Notes: generated from the sequence alone by a model not told the origin. A stretch of DNA of 54,211 nucleotides from Asterionella formosa (GCA_002256025.1 NKIB01007262.1:62001-116211); one strand, 5' to 3'; positions 26,771 to 40,666 are shown, counted from the stretch's first letter. A program made the numbers and translations.

Positions 26771-27327
26771 GAAAGCTTGTTCTTGCGCTATGTAGTATTA
26801 CGCACATCTTCTATCTATTATGACGTAATGATGACGATGATAGAATCATGTGATAATGAATGATTAGTTAATTTTTGTAAACACAAGATAATAATATTCA
26901 GGCTAAGGCCCCGTCTTACGGTGCCCGAATTACGAAGATTCAGTCGCCCGGATACCTGTTGGGCGTTTAATCTTCGTATTTTCGTATTTTCGTCCCTTAC
27001 GGGCTAAATAACTCGCAAATGGGGGGGGGCGGGGGGTCACGAAGATTAATCTTTGTTTGCCCGAATATTTCGAGGGTCATCCCCGATATTGACCCAATCT
27101 TCGTATTTTCTTGAACAATCTTCGTTTCCTAAAGATTAATCTTCGGGCAAACGAAGATTGTCTCCACCAATCAGAATGGCGGAAACAATATATAATCGCC
27201 ATCACATATACTGATGATATAGTATTCGATACTTCGATACTTTTATTGTAGTAGTATTGTCATTATTATTACCGTAGATATTAATTCTTACTTTTAATAC
27301 TTTTGTTTTATGATAATAATTTGTAAC

Positions 27328-28514
27328 ATGACGACTCTGCCAACGCTATTGTCAACCTTCCTGGCACATTATCAACAGTGTGTGCAGCCATGGAAGCAAC
27401 AATGGTTGTCATGGCAACTACCAGCAGTCTTGCCAGCTGCATTGCGAAATGAGCTGGTTTCTCAGTTCTATTTGGAAGCTCAATCTGAAAGAGGGAATCA
27501 GCAATCGCCGTCCAACAGCAATTGCCATCCAACAACATCTGCTAAGCGAAAAAGAAAAAAACGACCTCTGGTGTCAAGGGAAGAGTCATGTTGGTGGAAG
27601 AAGTTCCTAACAAACGAAAAGCGCATCTTACAATTGGACATAAACACATGGGCAGCAAGACTCTTTCGCAAAATTTTTGTCTTCCATTCGACATATTCTT
27701 GAAACTGTATGATATGACAATATCTAATGGTTGGTATGATCCGCACAGGAAAGATTGCACCAATCTTCTGTGCAAGGACCTTGAGTTGCTCCTCCTGGGT
27801 GTTCTCTACACTCTAGCAACCGGTGCTTCCCATTTGTATGTGTATATTCTAACTGAAATCTCTAAATAGGTACACCGAAAATTTTTCATTCACTGGACTT
27901 CAAAGTTTGCAGAAAAGAAGGATGAATATGTATACATACTGAGAGAGGAAGGGGAAGATGATGACCAACTGCAACGAATTCTAAATGATTACAGTTCATT
28001 TGGGCTTCCAGGTTGTATAGGCTCAGTCGATTGTGTGCACATTGGATGGAGTCGATGTCCTGCCTACCAGAATAATATATTTAAAGGTTCCAAGGGGTAT
28101 CCTTCAGTTGTTTTTGAGGTGGTTTCTGATCACAGAAGAAAGATTTTATCAATCAGCTACCTACACCCAGGAACAAGAAATGACAAACACATTGTCAAGT
28201 TTGATGCAGCTGTTTCCAATCTACACGATAGAAATTCGTTTCTTGGCAGGCAAGAGTGGAATGTGCTCACTGTTGAGTCTTCTATTACTTGTAAAGGCTA
28301 CTATTTCATTTGTGATGGAGGGTACTTACGATGGCCAGTGTTGATTTGTCCAATTAAATACGGCAATGAACATGGAAAAGAAAGGGCATGGGGTATGATG
28401 GTGGAGTCAGTTCGAAAAGATATTGAATGTATGTTATTTCTTAAGAACTGGAACAACTTGTCTCAACCTGAGAATTTCGTAAAAGATGTAACAAGAAGCA
28501 AGTTAGCAAGATAG
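27328..28514 (+). pseudogene. Harbinger-type DDE transposase (plant transposon protein / DDE_Tnp_4-like), disrupted
   Basis: GLPGCIGSVDCVHIGW, GTRNDKHIVKFD, ICDGGYLRW and VESVRKDIEC; frameshift near 27680 and in-frame stop at 27867-27869. Confidence 0.85.
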
Positions 28515-28714
28515 CTTAATATATATTATGTAACTATATATATTCTTAGTGAAATATATTCATGAGTATTTATGTTGCCTAATTAGTTCCTGAACATCAG
28601 AGCTGTGCATAGAAAAGCAAGCACCACAACACCAAATGTTCTGTAGATTTCGAAAACCATCACAGCAAATGGAGCATACAAATTTGTTGCAATCAATGCA
28701 AAGGTGTTCACTGT

Positions 28715-29770
28715 TCATGACTTGGCAGTCAGTGCAAATGCCTCCAACAAGTCCTGGGCCTTGATCTTTATCTTGTTCATCATACGAACAAAAGAGGGAA
28801 TTGGGGTAGTATTTGTTGGAGTGAGCTCATTTCCAAAGACACTTGTTGCACTGACAACACTTTTGTCAGTCAAAACACTTGTACTCTCAACATCATAAGT
28901 TTGTAGCGAAGGTAGATTATCGAAACAATTCAAAACAGCTGCATGATATCTGTCTTCAGGGAGTATGTGCTTAAATCTTTCATATAGATCAAGATGAGCA
29001 ACAATCTCATCACTTTTTCCCTTTCGAGTTTGTGCTGCTTGAAAATTGAGCATCGACATATCCATCATGGTTGGGGTTTTCTGTTTGCTTGGTGATGAAT
29101 ATTCATCATGATGATGCTTTCATTTGTTGCTCCTTCCATGCTCCCTATTCCTCTTCTCTTAGCGATCTGCCAGCAGCATCTCTCGTCGACTTATGTTTAC
29201 AACATCACTGTCTTTCACATCTGGAACCAATTGCATATTCTTCCGAAAAATCTTTAAAGTAAGCAAATAATAAATTTGACACATTGGATTCTTCTTTTGG
29301 AAACTTTGCTTGTAAATATTGCAGACAAATTTCAAATATGCATCCTTCAAACCTTGTCAACTTGGAAGTTTGTGCAAATCCTGGGCGATGTTTGAACTAG
29401 AAGTGATACTACTGTTGCAAAGTTAGTTTCTAATCTCCTGCCACTTTCTCCATAAGGTATCGCCAGTCATGCTGGACTTATCCTTGGACCCCCATGCATA
29501 TCGCAGTTGATTTTTTATGGCGGTATCACACATATCATCCTCAAGGTCTTCATCCAGAATTCGAAAATACGCTTCAGCAATATCTCGAAATTTCTTCTCC
29601 TCCCTAGATGCAAACCTGTGTTGAAGTTCACAACCAGCAGCAAATATAATGGCAATTTGCACACTTCGAAGCATGTGCACTTGAATGGGGCCGCCTATCC
29701 AATATCGAATACGGTCGCAAAAGGAATGCTCCTCCTCAGTTGAGTATTCTGTTGGTCCTTCAGTCGCCAT
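28715..29770 (-). pseudogene. Accessory (second) ORF of the Harbinger element, fragmented
   Basis: Collinear fragments 29770-29423, 29350-29159 and 29068-28715 lie inside the TIRs, convergent on the transposase. Confidence 0.55.
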
Positions 29771-31185
29771 TGTGATAATAGAGAGATGCTGGTGGTGGGA
29801 GCAGAGGAGAAAGGAGATAGCACGATGTGAAGGCCGATCACCTTAAAACAACAACAGCAACGATGTTGATGGAGCATTGAGTGTTGACAATTTTCATTAT
29901 AATTAATTACTATAATATTCCTGCGGACGAGACTACTAATTTTCATGTAGGAAATAAATTTCAATTATCGAGATCGGTCATTTGACGTATGGATTGACAT
30001 ACTATTTAATCTTTGGGACCGTAAGGTGGCCATAAAATTTCCCGAATACGAAGATGGAAGATTTTGCCATGATAGCTTCGCAATATTCGATCTTCTTATT
30101 TCGTGCACCGTAAGTTTCAGCCTTTAAGATCTGCTTTTGAGTGATGGAACTAAAGTAATGGCTTTATATCATTTATGTTTAGACAATCATTTGAGCATAA
30201 CGACATCATCAAATATTTATATTCCTCAGGTGCTGCTTGTTTTTGGATATAATATGATTCATTCATAAATGTCAATATCAGTTGTTGAAACACATAGAGA
30301 TTCCTGATTCCTGATCAGGTTATGAGAGTGTCAATATATTTTCGTCTCTAGTGACCTGATTAGGAACATGTACCACAATCCACTAGATGATTGATTCAAG
30401 ATCACATGGTTAAATATCTCGTGTAAAATGCCACAGTTGAGAGAGGAACTTTCAGGAGAAGTTCTCTCTAATTGTTAATTGGACTCTAGAAGACGATCAG
30501 ACCTAGAGGCCAAATCAATAAATGATTGACTAGACAATTACTGATATGTCCGCAACATCAAGGAACATTAAAGAAGCAAACTAGATATGATCTAGTTATG
30601 ATTAACAGGATCATTCTGTAAGCAGTCTTCGATCAAACAGCATCTGGCCTAAGTTGAAACAGGCCAAGATTAAGACAAATGTGTATTTAGGAAGAGGATG
30701 TAGTTTATTCTCAGTTCAAGTTGGGAACACAAATGAACCTCGCCTCCGAAGATCACCACTATTTTGAAACATGCATGAGCTTGGAAGTTTCAAAATTATA
30801 ATTCAAATTTTTCATTTACATTAAGCTCACTCTTTTATAAAAACAACTATTAGCAAACAAAGTAAAACAAACTGTGTAGAAACATTTTTCTAGCAAATTT
30901 TCACTGCGTCGGAGCTACAGATACGTAGCATCTACCAACTACTGTATACTTCATTGTCCTGGACCCCCCCTATGGTTGCTGGACCCCACTGTACATTTTT
31001 CTCGAGGTGGAAATAATTTTCTTGTCATAGACAAAGTAACGTGCTAAAATTCTTTTTGTCCCACTAGTATAAAATAATTTAGCTACCATTTTGCGATTCT
31101 TTTGTACATACAAAACACAAGAGACGACAGGTACATCTAAGACGCCGTTTACGGCACTTTTTCGAATTTATGTCTAAAGTGACGT

Positions 31186-31265
31186 ATTTATGCTACTTTT
31201 TTAAAATATTATGTTACTTTTCTAAAATATTATGTTACTTTTTTGAAATATTATGCTACTTTTCC
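31186..31265. repeat. Short tandem repeat, ~21-22-bp unit (AAAATATTATGTTACTTTT), ~4 copies
   Basis: Visible directly; related TTATGCTGCT copies occur at ~31394 and ~31416. Confidence 0.8.
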
Positions 31266-31684
31266 CTAATTTATTCGGATTAAACAAAAATTTATTTCAC
31301 TTATCGAATAATTATGTGATCACACCAATAATTTTGTGTGTTCGTGACAATATATGTTGACTAACTAGCCATCGCAACAGTATAAAAGCGAAATTATGCT
31401 GCTCCGCCGCAATATTATGCTGCTTTCACCATATAATGAATGAAAGAGTCGCCAATTCCGATACACTTATTATTTTTTCCGCTCCGACATATTTCTTTGA
31501 TCTGAACTGGCAAAGAATAACACATGCAAGAGGAAGATTCACACTGTAGAATTCAGCACACGTAGTAGTAGTAGTTGATGTTGTAGACACATTGTTTAGT
31601 CATTGTTGATTGTAGAGATTACAATAGCCTGCCAGATTAGAAATAAAGCACCGTTGGTACTCGTTGAGCATCGTTTAGCATTGC

Positions 31685-32890
31685 ATGTCGCCGTAGTGAA
31701 TCGAAATTGAGATGAATCGAAATTGAGATGTGCCACAATGGCCTTCTCCGTTTCGGAGCAGCTACAAATAGTCTACAGCGATAACTCTAGCAAGTACAAT
31801 ATAGAAAAAGATGGAAAGGATGAGTAGCTGACAATAAGGAATTGAATCCGTTATTTCGTTAAGAAACAGCTGTTGCATATTTCAACCTTGCATTTCGCCA
31901 TAGTGAGTCAAAATTGAGATGTGCCGCAATGGCATTCTCCATTTCGGAGCAGCTACAAATAGTCTACAGCGATAACTATAGCAAGTACAATATAGAAAAA
32001 GAATCAGAGGAGGAGTATCTGTCAAAGATTGAATTCGTAAATTCGCTAAGAAACAGCTGTTGCATATTTTTATTATTCAATGCATGTTGCCATAGTGAGT
32101 CAAAATTGAGATGTGCCGCAATGACCGTCTCCTTCTCGGAGCGGCTACAAATAATCTACAGCAATCACTCTAGCAAGTACAATATAGAAAAAGAAGCAAA
32201 GGACGAGCAGCTGTCATCGATTGAATTCGTAAAATTGTTTAAAAACAGCTGTTGCATATTTTAACATTCAATGCATGTAGCCGTAGTGAGTCAAAATTGA
32301 GATGTGCCGCAATGGTCTTCTCCGTTTCGGAGCAGTTACAAATAGTACAGCGATAACTCTAACAAGTACAATATAGAAAAAGAATCAGAGGAGGAGTAGC
32401 TGTCAACGATTGAATTCGTTAAATTGTTTAGAAACAGCTGTTGCATATTTTAACATTCAATGCATGTTGCCGTAGTGAGTCGAAATTGAGATGTGCCGCA
32501 ATGGCTTCTCCTTTTCGGAGCGGCTACAAATAGTCTACAGCGATGATTCTAGCAATTACAATATAGAAAAAGAAGGAAAGGATGAGCAGCTGTTATCGAT
32601 TGATTTCATTTATTCATTTAGGAACAGCAATTGCATATTTTAGCATTCAATGCATGTCGCCGTAGTGACGAGTCGAAATTGAGATGTGCCATAATGTCCT
32701 TCTCCGGTTTGGAGCAGATAGCAATAGCCTGAAGCGATAACTTTGGCAAGCACAATATAGAAAAGAAGCAAAGGATGAATAGCTGACAACAATTTAATTC
32801 GTAAATTTGTTAAGAAACAGCTTTTGCATATTTTAACATTCATTATATGTCGCCATAGCGAGTCAAAATTGAGATGTGCCGCAATGACAT
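31685..32890. repeat. Tandem array A, ~191-bp unit, ~6 copies
   Basis: GAGATGTGCC recurs at 31725, 31916, 32108, 32299, 32488, 32681 and 32871 (spacings 189-193). Confidence 0.95.
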
Positions 32891-33249
32891 TCTTTTTTCT
32901 GATCGGCTAGATTACATCTATATTGATAACTGTAGCAATAAAAATTGGCTGTAAAGGCAAGGGCCAAGGAGATGAGGACTATCAACTTCATTGAATTCAA
33001 CCACTCCATAGCTAACCTGTATTTTTCGCAATTTTTCGCAATTTTTCTGTACACGCACCACCAGTCAATGCACTCCAAAAATATTTGCTGATGTCTGATT
33101 TTACCAATAAAAATCTTAGCAGTTTAGTAGATGAATGCAATTTGGTAGAAAATAATAGCTTTGAGTTTTGGTGCGCCCCTGCTGATGTACTATTTATCAT
33201 CACGGCATACTAGCACATCCTATCGTAGTAGTAAATCAAAAATGAGAAG

Positions 33250-36200
33250 TGCCACACATCCTGATGCCTCCTCTGATAAATATATGTTCATTATGAGTAC
33301 GTCGACATTTGCCTTGGCTGCATTGATCTTTTGTACATCGAATACTATGCTGGATAGAAATCGGCCTTAAATTGGTTGAGAAAGATGGTTTTGAATTTTC
33401 GTTTCTACAGCATTGATCATATCAGTCCACCATCACCGAAAAATTACAATATTTATACATCCTGATACCTTCTTTTATGCTCGTTCTCAGAAAATCAACA
33501 TTCGCAATGACGGCATTGATCTCGTGTACATCGAATACTTTGCTGGATATAAATCGGCCTGAAATTGGTGGAGAAAGATGATGGTTTCGAATTTTTGCTG
33601 CCACAGCACTGATGATCAGTCCACAAGCATCCGAAAATGTACACATCCGGATGCCTCCTTTGATCAGTATATGTTCGTTCTCAGAATATCGACATTGGCC
33701 ATGACGACATTGATCTCGTGGACATCGAATTCTATGCTGGATAGAAATCAGCCTTAAAATGGTGGAGCAAGATGGTTTGGAATTTTTGTTGGAACAGCAC
33801 TGGTCATGCAGCAGTCCACAGCAAGCACCGAAATTTTACACACCATCCTGATGACCAAATTGATCAATATATGTTCGTTTTTAGACTATCGATATTCGAA
33901 ATAACGGCACTGTTTTTGTGTACATCGAATACTATGCTGGATGGAATCGGCCTTAAATTGGTGGAGAAAGATGGTTTGGAATTTTTGTTGCCACAGAACT
34001 GATGATCAGTCCACAAGCACAGCAAATTAATACATCCTGACGTCTCCTTTGATCAAAATATGTCCGTTCTGAGAACATCGACGTTCGTAATGACAGCATT
34101 GATCTCATGTACATCAAATACTATGTTGGATAAAAGTCGACTTTAAAGTGGTGGAGAAAGGAGGTATGGAAGTTTTGTTGCCACAGTACTTATGATCAGC
34201 CAGTCTACAAGCAACGAAATTTAATTTCACATGCTGATGACCAATTTAGTCAATATATGTTCGTTCTGAGAATATCGACATTGTCCATGACGGCATTTAT
34301 CTCGTGTACATCGAGTACTTTGCTTGATAGAAAGCAGCGTTAAATTGGTGAAGAAAGATGGTTTGGAATACTGGTCATGCAGCAGCCCACAAGAACTGAA
34401 ATTTTACACATCCTGATGACCAATTTGATCAATATACTTTTGTTCTGAGAATATCGATATTCGAAATGACGGCACTGATCTCGTGTAAATAGAATACTTT
34501 GCCGGATAAAAATCAGCCTTAAATTGGTGGAGAAAGATGGTTTGGAATTTTTGATGCCACAGCTCTGATGATCAATAATGCATCCGAAAATTTACACATT
34601 CTCATGCCTCCAGCATTGATCAATATATATTCGTTCTGAGAAAATTGACAATGGACATGACGACATTGATCTCGTGTACATTGAATACTAGGCTGGATAG
34701 AAATCAGCCTTAAAATGGTTGAGCAAGATGGTTTGGGATTTCCGCTGCAGAAGTAAACAGCAAAGACCAAAAACTATTTATACACAATCCTGATGACCAC
34801 TTTGATCAATAGATGTCCGTTCTGAGAATATCGACATTCGAAAAGATGGCAGTGATCTCATGTACATAGAATACTATGCTGGATTAAAATCGGCCTTAAA
34901 TTGGTTGAGAAAGATGGTTTGGAATCTGTGTTGCCACAGCACCACAAGCATCCGAAAATTTTACTCATCCGGATGCCTCCATTGATCAATATATAGTCGT
35001 TCTGAGAATAGCGAAATTTTCATGACAACTTCGATCTCGTCTACATCGAAAACTTTGCTTGATAGAAATCGGTCTTAAATTGGTGGAGAGAGATGGTTTG
35101 GAATACTGGTCATGCAGCAGTCCACAAGAACCGAAATTATGCACATCCTGATGACCAGCAATTTGATCAATATATGTTCGTTCTGAGAATATCGATATTC
35201 GAAATGACGCCACTGTTCTCGTGTACATCGAATACTTTGCTTGATATAAATCGTTCTTATATTGGTGGAGAACGATGGTTTGGAATGTTTGCAACCACAG
35301 CCCTGATGTTCAGTTCACAGCAAGCACCGAAATTTTATACACCATCCTGATGACCAATTTGATCAATATATGTTCATTCTTAGAATATCGACATTCACCA
35401 TGACGGTATTGCTCTCGTAGACATCGAATACTATGTTGGATAAAATTCGGCTTTAAATTGGTGGAGAAAGGTGGTTTGGAATTTTTGTTACCACAGCACT
35501 TATGATCAGTGCACAGCAAGCACCGAAAATTTACACACCCTCTTGGCTGATGACCAGCTCAATTTATATGTGTTTGTTCTAAGAATATCGAGATTCGAAA
35601 TGACGGCAGTGATCTCGTGTACATCGAATACTTTACTGGATATAAATCGGCCTTTAATTGGTGGAGCAAGATGGTTCGGAATTTCCGTTGCAACAGCACT
35701 GGTCATGCAGCAGTCCACAGCAAGCACCGAAAATTTACACACCATCCTGAGGATGACCAATTCGATTTATATATGTTCATTCTAAGAATATCGACATTCT
35801 CCATGTCGGCATTAATCTTTTGTATATCGAATACTATTCTAGATAGAAATCAGCCTTAAAATGGTGGAGCAAGTTGGTTTGGAATTTTTGTTGCCACAGC
35901 ACCAATTACAATCAGTCCACAAGCACCGAAAATTTATTTCACATCCTGATGAACAATTTGATCAAAATATGTTCGTTCTTAGTAAAACGACATTCATTAC
36001 GACGACATTGATGTCTTGTTCATCGAATATTATGATTGATATAAATTAGAATTAAATTGGTGGAGAAAGATGGATTGGAAGTTTTGTTGCCACAGCACTG
36101 ATGATCAGTCCACAAGTATGCGAAAAATTACACATCCGGATGTCTCCTTTGATCAATATAAGTTCGTTCTGATCATATCACCATTCGACATGACTGCATT

Positions 36201-36730
36201 GATTTCGTGTACATCAAATACTATTCTAGATAGAAATCGGCCTTAAATTGGTTGAGAAGGGTTGTTTGGAATTTTTGTTGCTGCTGCACTAATAATGATC
36301 AAGCCACAAGTACCGAAAAATTACCCACCATCCTGACGACCAGTTTGATCAAGGTATGTTCGTTCTGAGCGAGCATATTGGCATTGATCTCGTGTAAATC
36401 GAATACTATGCTAGATAGAAATTGACAATGAATTGGTAGAGAAAGATGGATTGGAATTTTGGTTAAAGCACTAGTCATCAGTCCACAGCAGACACCTAAA
36501 ATTTACACATCCTGATGCCTCCTTTGGACAATATACGTTCCTTCTGAGCGTATCGACATTCGACAAGAAGCCTTTGATTTCGAGTACATCAAATAATATA
36601 TTAGATAGAAATCGGCATCAAATTTATTGAGAAAGAAAATGAATTGGAATTTAGGTTGCTACAGCACTGGTCATCAGTCCACAGCAAGCACCGAACATTT
36701 TACGCATCCTAATGACGAATTTGATCAATA
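33250..36730. repeat. Tandem array B, ~180-200-bp unit, ~18 diverged copies
   Basis: Recurring GATCAATATATGTTCGTTCTGAGAATATCGACATT...TACATCGAATACT...CCTTAAATTGGTGGAGAAAGATGGTTTGGAAT...CACATCCTGATG. Confidence 0.95.
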
Positions 36731-37431
36731 CTGACTAAGCATAGACTGCGCCAGCTTTTTCTGAAGTACAATATACACAAATTTAGTACAAAATGAATGT
36801 TGGCAAGGAGGACCGTCCACGCCAGTTTTCTTAATGAAAAGCAGCTGCTGTAATGAAAGGAACAAAATATCACATTCATGCTAAAATGACATTATTGTTA
36901 TTGTTGTCGTTTTTGTCGTCTTTTCTGATATCATGGCTGTGTTCTTGTTGTTGTTATCGCTGTCCCTGTTGTTTCTGCTGTCATTTTTCTTGCTCTTATT
37001 CTATTGTTCTTTCGTTGTGGTTACTGTGGCTGTATACCCTTCTCTTCCTTGGTGTTCCTCGCCCTGCGTTTGAACTTGAACATGCATTGTTTGATATGGA
37101 ATGTAAAAATGTCTTGTTTGTTAAAAACCAGCCATCATCTGACTCTGTGAATCTTGTTCTTCGCTTCCAGATAACAAGGACTCTGTTGTAGGCCGGTTAC
37201 TCTGGAAGAAACAGGCAGGCATTTTTTGTTCCTCCTTGTCATCACGACCAAGGGTGCATCTGAAAATTCGAGGAAAATATGGTAAGCAGATAATATTTTG
37301 GGAAATGGAAACAGGTCTTCTGTCATATTGTTGTTGTTCTTTTTGTTGTTGCCCTGCACCATCGCTCGTTTTCTTCGTCTTGTGTTCGGAACTATGTTTA
37401 TTGTTGTTGTAGTTCCTTTACCTCCATTTCG
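36729..37431. repeat. Diverged ~700-bp direct duplicate of 39965-40666
   Basis: Shared blocks AAGCATAGACTG..CGCCAG, AAAGGAACAAAATATCAC, TTTGAA.TGAACATGCATTGTTTG, CTGGAAGAAACAGGCAGGCA and CTTGTGTTCGGAACTAT. Confidence 0.88.
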
Positions 37432-39964
37432 TTGCTTCTTCCTCTTACTTGTGCCGTTTGGAATTGGAAAAGTGGTCAGTCATGAGCTTACTCTGCGAAT
37501 CTTGTTCCTTTCCTACAGACAATCAATCTGTTTTTGGTAGGGCAGGGTTGAACCTTGGGAATAATGAAATGAGTCGCTCGTGCTCTGCCTGTGTCTGGTT
37601 ATCAATCATTTGTTATTCGCATTGTTGAAAGGATTCCTCTGGTGCATAGGGGACAAATATATACATGGTAAGGCAAGCACAACGAAAACGATGCCTTTGT
37701 AACAATTTTTTGTTCATGAACTCACTCTGCGACCGTTGTTCACTGATTGCAGACAATCAATTTGATGAGGGCTGGGTTGGACATTGGGGAACATGGTAAG
37801 GAGCACAAAAAAACCGAAATCATGGCTTCGCAACTTTTGCTTTCTCATCAACTCACTCTGCAAATGCTTTTGCCCTCTTGTTTCCACAACAGACAATCAA
37901 TCTGAGCAATGAGAATGAGCAGCCGGCTCATTTGCTATGAATTGATGTACCGATATTAGCAACAGGGACTCCTGCAAGTATGAGTAGCCAGGCAATCTTG
38001 TGAGTCGTTACAGCATGATCCAGCTGCAAGAATGAACATCCATTGCTTGTTGTATTGGTTTGAGAATCACGTTCTATAGAAAGTATCAATGTAAACTATA
38101 TAGCGAAGCGATTAATTTGATTGATTTTGCGATTGTAGCTAGAATTTAATATAAACGTTGATTGGTTACACATAATTATTTGTTTGTCGAAAATATATAT
38201 TTGTTTAACCTTGAGGTATTAATGTGATCAAAGTAAAGATAAAATGGGAGCAAACTAACAGAATTAATGGTAGTCAGAGTGAAGAATATTTGTGAACTGA
38301 AATGTCGCAAATTGTAGAGGAAAGTACCGTATTATACAGATTATTACTGAACAAATTTTTCTTCGTGTCGCCAGAAAATATTGTCAGTTGGCCCCAAAAA
38401 TTATGTGGGTTTCTAAAATAATTATGGAAGTTGTCGAAACTATTTTAGTTCACTCCGTTCATTTATATTGTATGATGCATCATATTTTTTATGTGATGTC
38501 ATACCCTTAAATTATGTATGTAGCTAAATTCGTCATATTGGGCCACCCAAATAATTAATTTGGGTGTTCCTATTTTACTAGCGTTTTTTTTGTGGCGGCT
38601 GTACCAGTAATCGGCGTTGTAGATGTTGGCTTCGGGTTCCTTGCTAGTATGGATGATTTCGAGATTGCCGTGTTTTTCCTGGATGTTATGGATCCAGGAA
38701 GCAAGCAATGCAGCAGGTTTAGCCATTCCTTTATTTTGCGGAATCAGTGGTTGAATGCCAGCTAACTGAGTTGCCTAGTTAGCACGTCTCATCCGGCGAG
38801 AAACTGTCTGCCAACAAGTTTCGCCATCAGCCAATGAGTGATCAGTGGTCATGACATCATGGTGGGTTTCTTTCCCATTTAAATCTCAAAAATGAGGAGT
38901 TTTCCTGCTAGTCCAGTTTCTGTTATGAGGATTCCACAACGGAATTACCGAGTGCCAAATGATTTCTTGGGCGCTTCTTATGGCGCCGATGTGGAGTGAA
39001 AAAGGCATGATGAGGTCACTTATTTTTCTTTGTTGTAGTGTTGTTATAGCACCTGGAAGCGCCGTTTTATGTACTCTGGTTTTCAGTTTCAGTAAGTTGT
39101 ATCTGACACATTGTGGTTACATTAATGACTGTTGTGTGATGCGGATTTGGCAGATCATCATATGTATCCTCGTTTGCAAGTGTGGTATGACTGGAGTCAA
39201 GTGAGTGCCCAGCCATGGAAGAAAGGGATGTTCTGGTCACTGTATCCGTGATCACAGGAATGCGTGCTGCTGTCGGCTTTTGCTGGCAGCAGTCACCGCT
39301 TGAAATTTTCAATAACCGGAGCTGGTGTGCAGAGACTGCCACCGAATTAGAAGGAAAAGAGGTGTCTAGCATGGGGTCGCTTTGTTCATCATTTTTGGTG
39401 GTACTGCGGCAGCAGGTCACCACCACATTGTCCGTGATGAGATGTTATTTTACAGTAAGTTGAGTTTTCGTCCAGTCGTCGTGTTTTTCATTGTTAAAGA
39501 GGATAGGACTTCCCTTCTTAAAGTGTGTGCTCATTGTTGCCTTTGCATCATAGTAAGGAAAATCGAAAGGGGGCTCCGCAGTGTTAAGAGAGTAGTATGC
39601 CGTGAAATCGATGGTATTAACCTGCTGTTCTGTCTTTTTTCGTTGACGGAGTAAACTGTTGCTTGTTGCCCCCAAAACATGAGGTGTCTTTTCGGCAATT
39701 GCCTCCCTTTAGTGAGAAGAAGAGGCATCCGCCATGGTGGAAAGAGGGTACTAGCTACCTTTCGACCAGTAGGCCCGTGGCACATTTTTGTATGTTGTAA
39801 CTAAGTATGCTATTCTCTCTTCCACATAGGTGAAACAATAATTCAGACATCCAATTTGGTGCCGTATAGCATTACTAATCAATTGCAAATCACAATGTTG
39901 AAAATCCTGACAATTCACCATGTTCGTCAGATTTTCGTGAGGTCTGCATTGTTCGCCAAAAATT

Positions 39965-40666
39965 ATACTGACAAAGCATAGACTGTGCGCCAGTTTTTTG
40001 TTAACTGGAATGTACACATGGCTAGTACAAAGCTAAGGAATAGGGAGAGGACCATCCATTCCAGATTTCTTTTAATGGAAAACAGCTGCTGGCTAGAACT
40101 CGGTAAAGGAACAAAATATCACTTTCGTGGTAAAATGCATTATTCATTGTGGCTGTTGTTAGCGTTGTCGTTGTCGCTATTTCTGCTGTTTCTGATGTTA
40201 TCCCTTTGGATCTTCTTCTTGGAAACAAGGAGCTGACTGGTTGCGCATTGTGGTTACTGTGGTTGTTTACCCTTCTCTTGCTTGTTCTTTGCCTTCCCTT
40301 TGAATTGAACATGCATTGTTTGCTATGAAATGGAAAATGGTCTGATGTGAGTTTAAACAACTATGATGTTACTCTGTGAATCATTTTCTTTGCTTCCAGA
40401 AAAGCAAAGAGGACTCTGTTGCGGGCCGGTTCTGGAAGAAACAGGCAGGCAATTGTTTTGTTATTCCTTGTCAGTATTACAGGAAGGATGCATCTGAAAG
40501 TTCGATACATATATGGTAAGCATTTAATATTTGGGAAATGGAGACAGGTCCTGTGTTACATTGTTGCTGTGGTTCTTCCTCTTGTTGCTCTGCACCATTG
40601 TTGTGTTCTTCGACTTGTGTTCGGAACTATTTTGATTGTTGTTGTATCTTCTCTGCCTCCATTTCT
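39965..40666. repeat. Diverged ~700-bp direct duplicate of 36729-37431
   Basis: Same shared blocks as the partner copy. Confidence 0.88.

Larger units (their letters stand above)
26906..30123 (+). mobile_element. Decayed two-ORF PIF/Harbinger transposon
   Basis: Imperfect TIRs (AGGCCCCGTCTTACGGTGCCCGAATTACGAAGA vs reverse-complement AGGCTGAAACTTACGGTGCACGAAATAAGAAGA), flanks CTA/TTA, subterminal AATCTTCG repeats, and convergent transposase and accessory ORFs. Confidence 0.8.

Noticed and set aside
30283..30884. Possible solo LTR (TGTTG...AACA)
   Set aside because: No target-site duplication, partner LTR, PBS or PPT could be identified.
31685..36730. CRISPR array or repeat-protein gene
   Set aside because: Whole units are repeated with no unique spacers, no cas genes are present and the context is eukaryotic. 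Frequent stops and non-triplet indels argue against coding.
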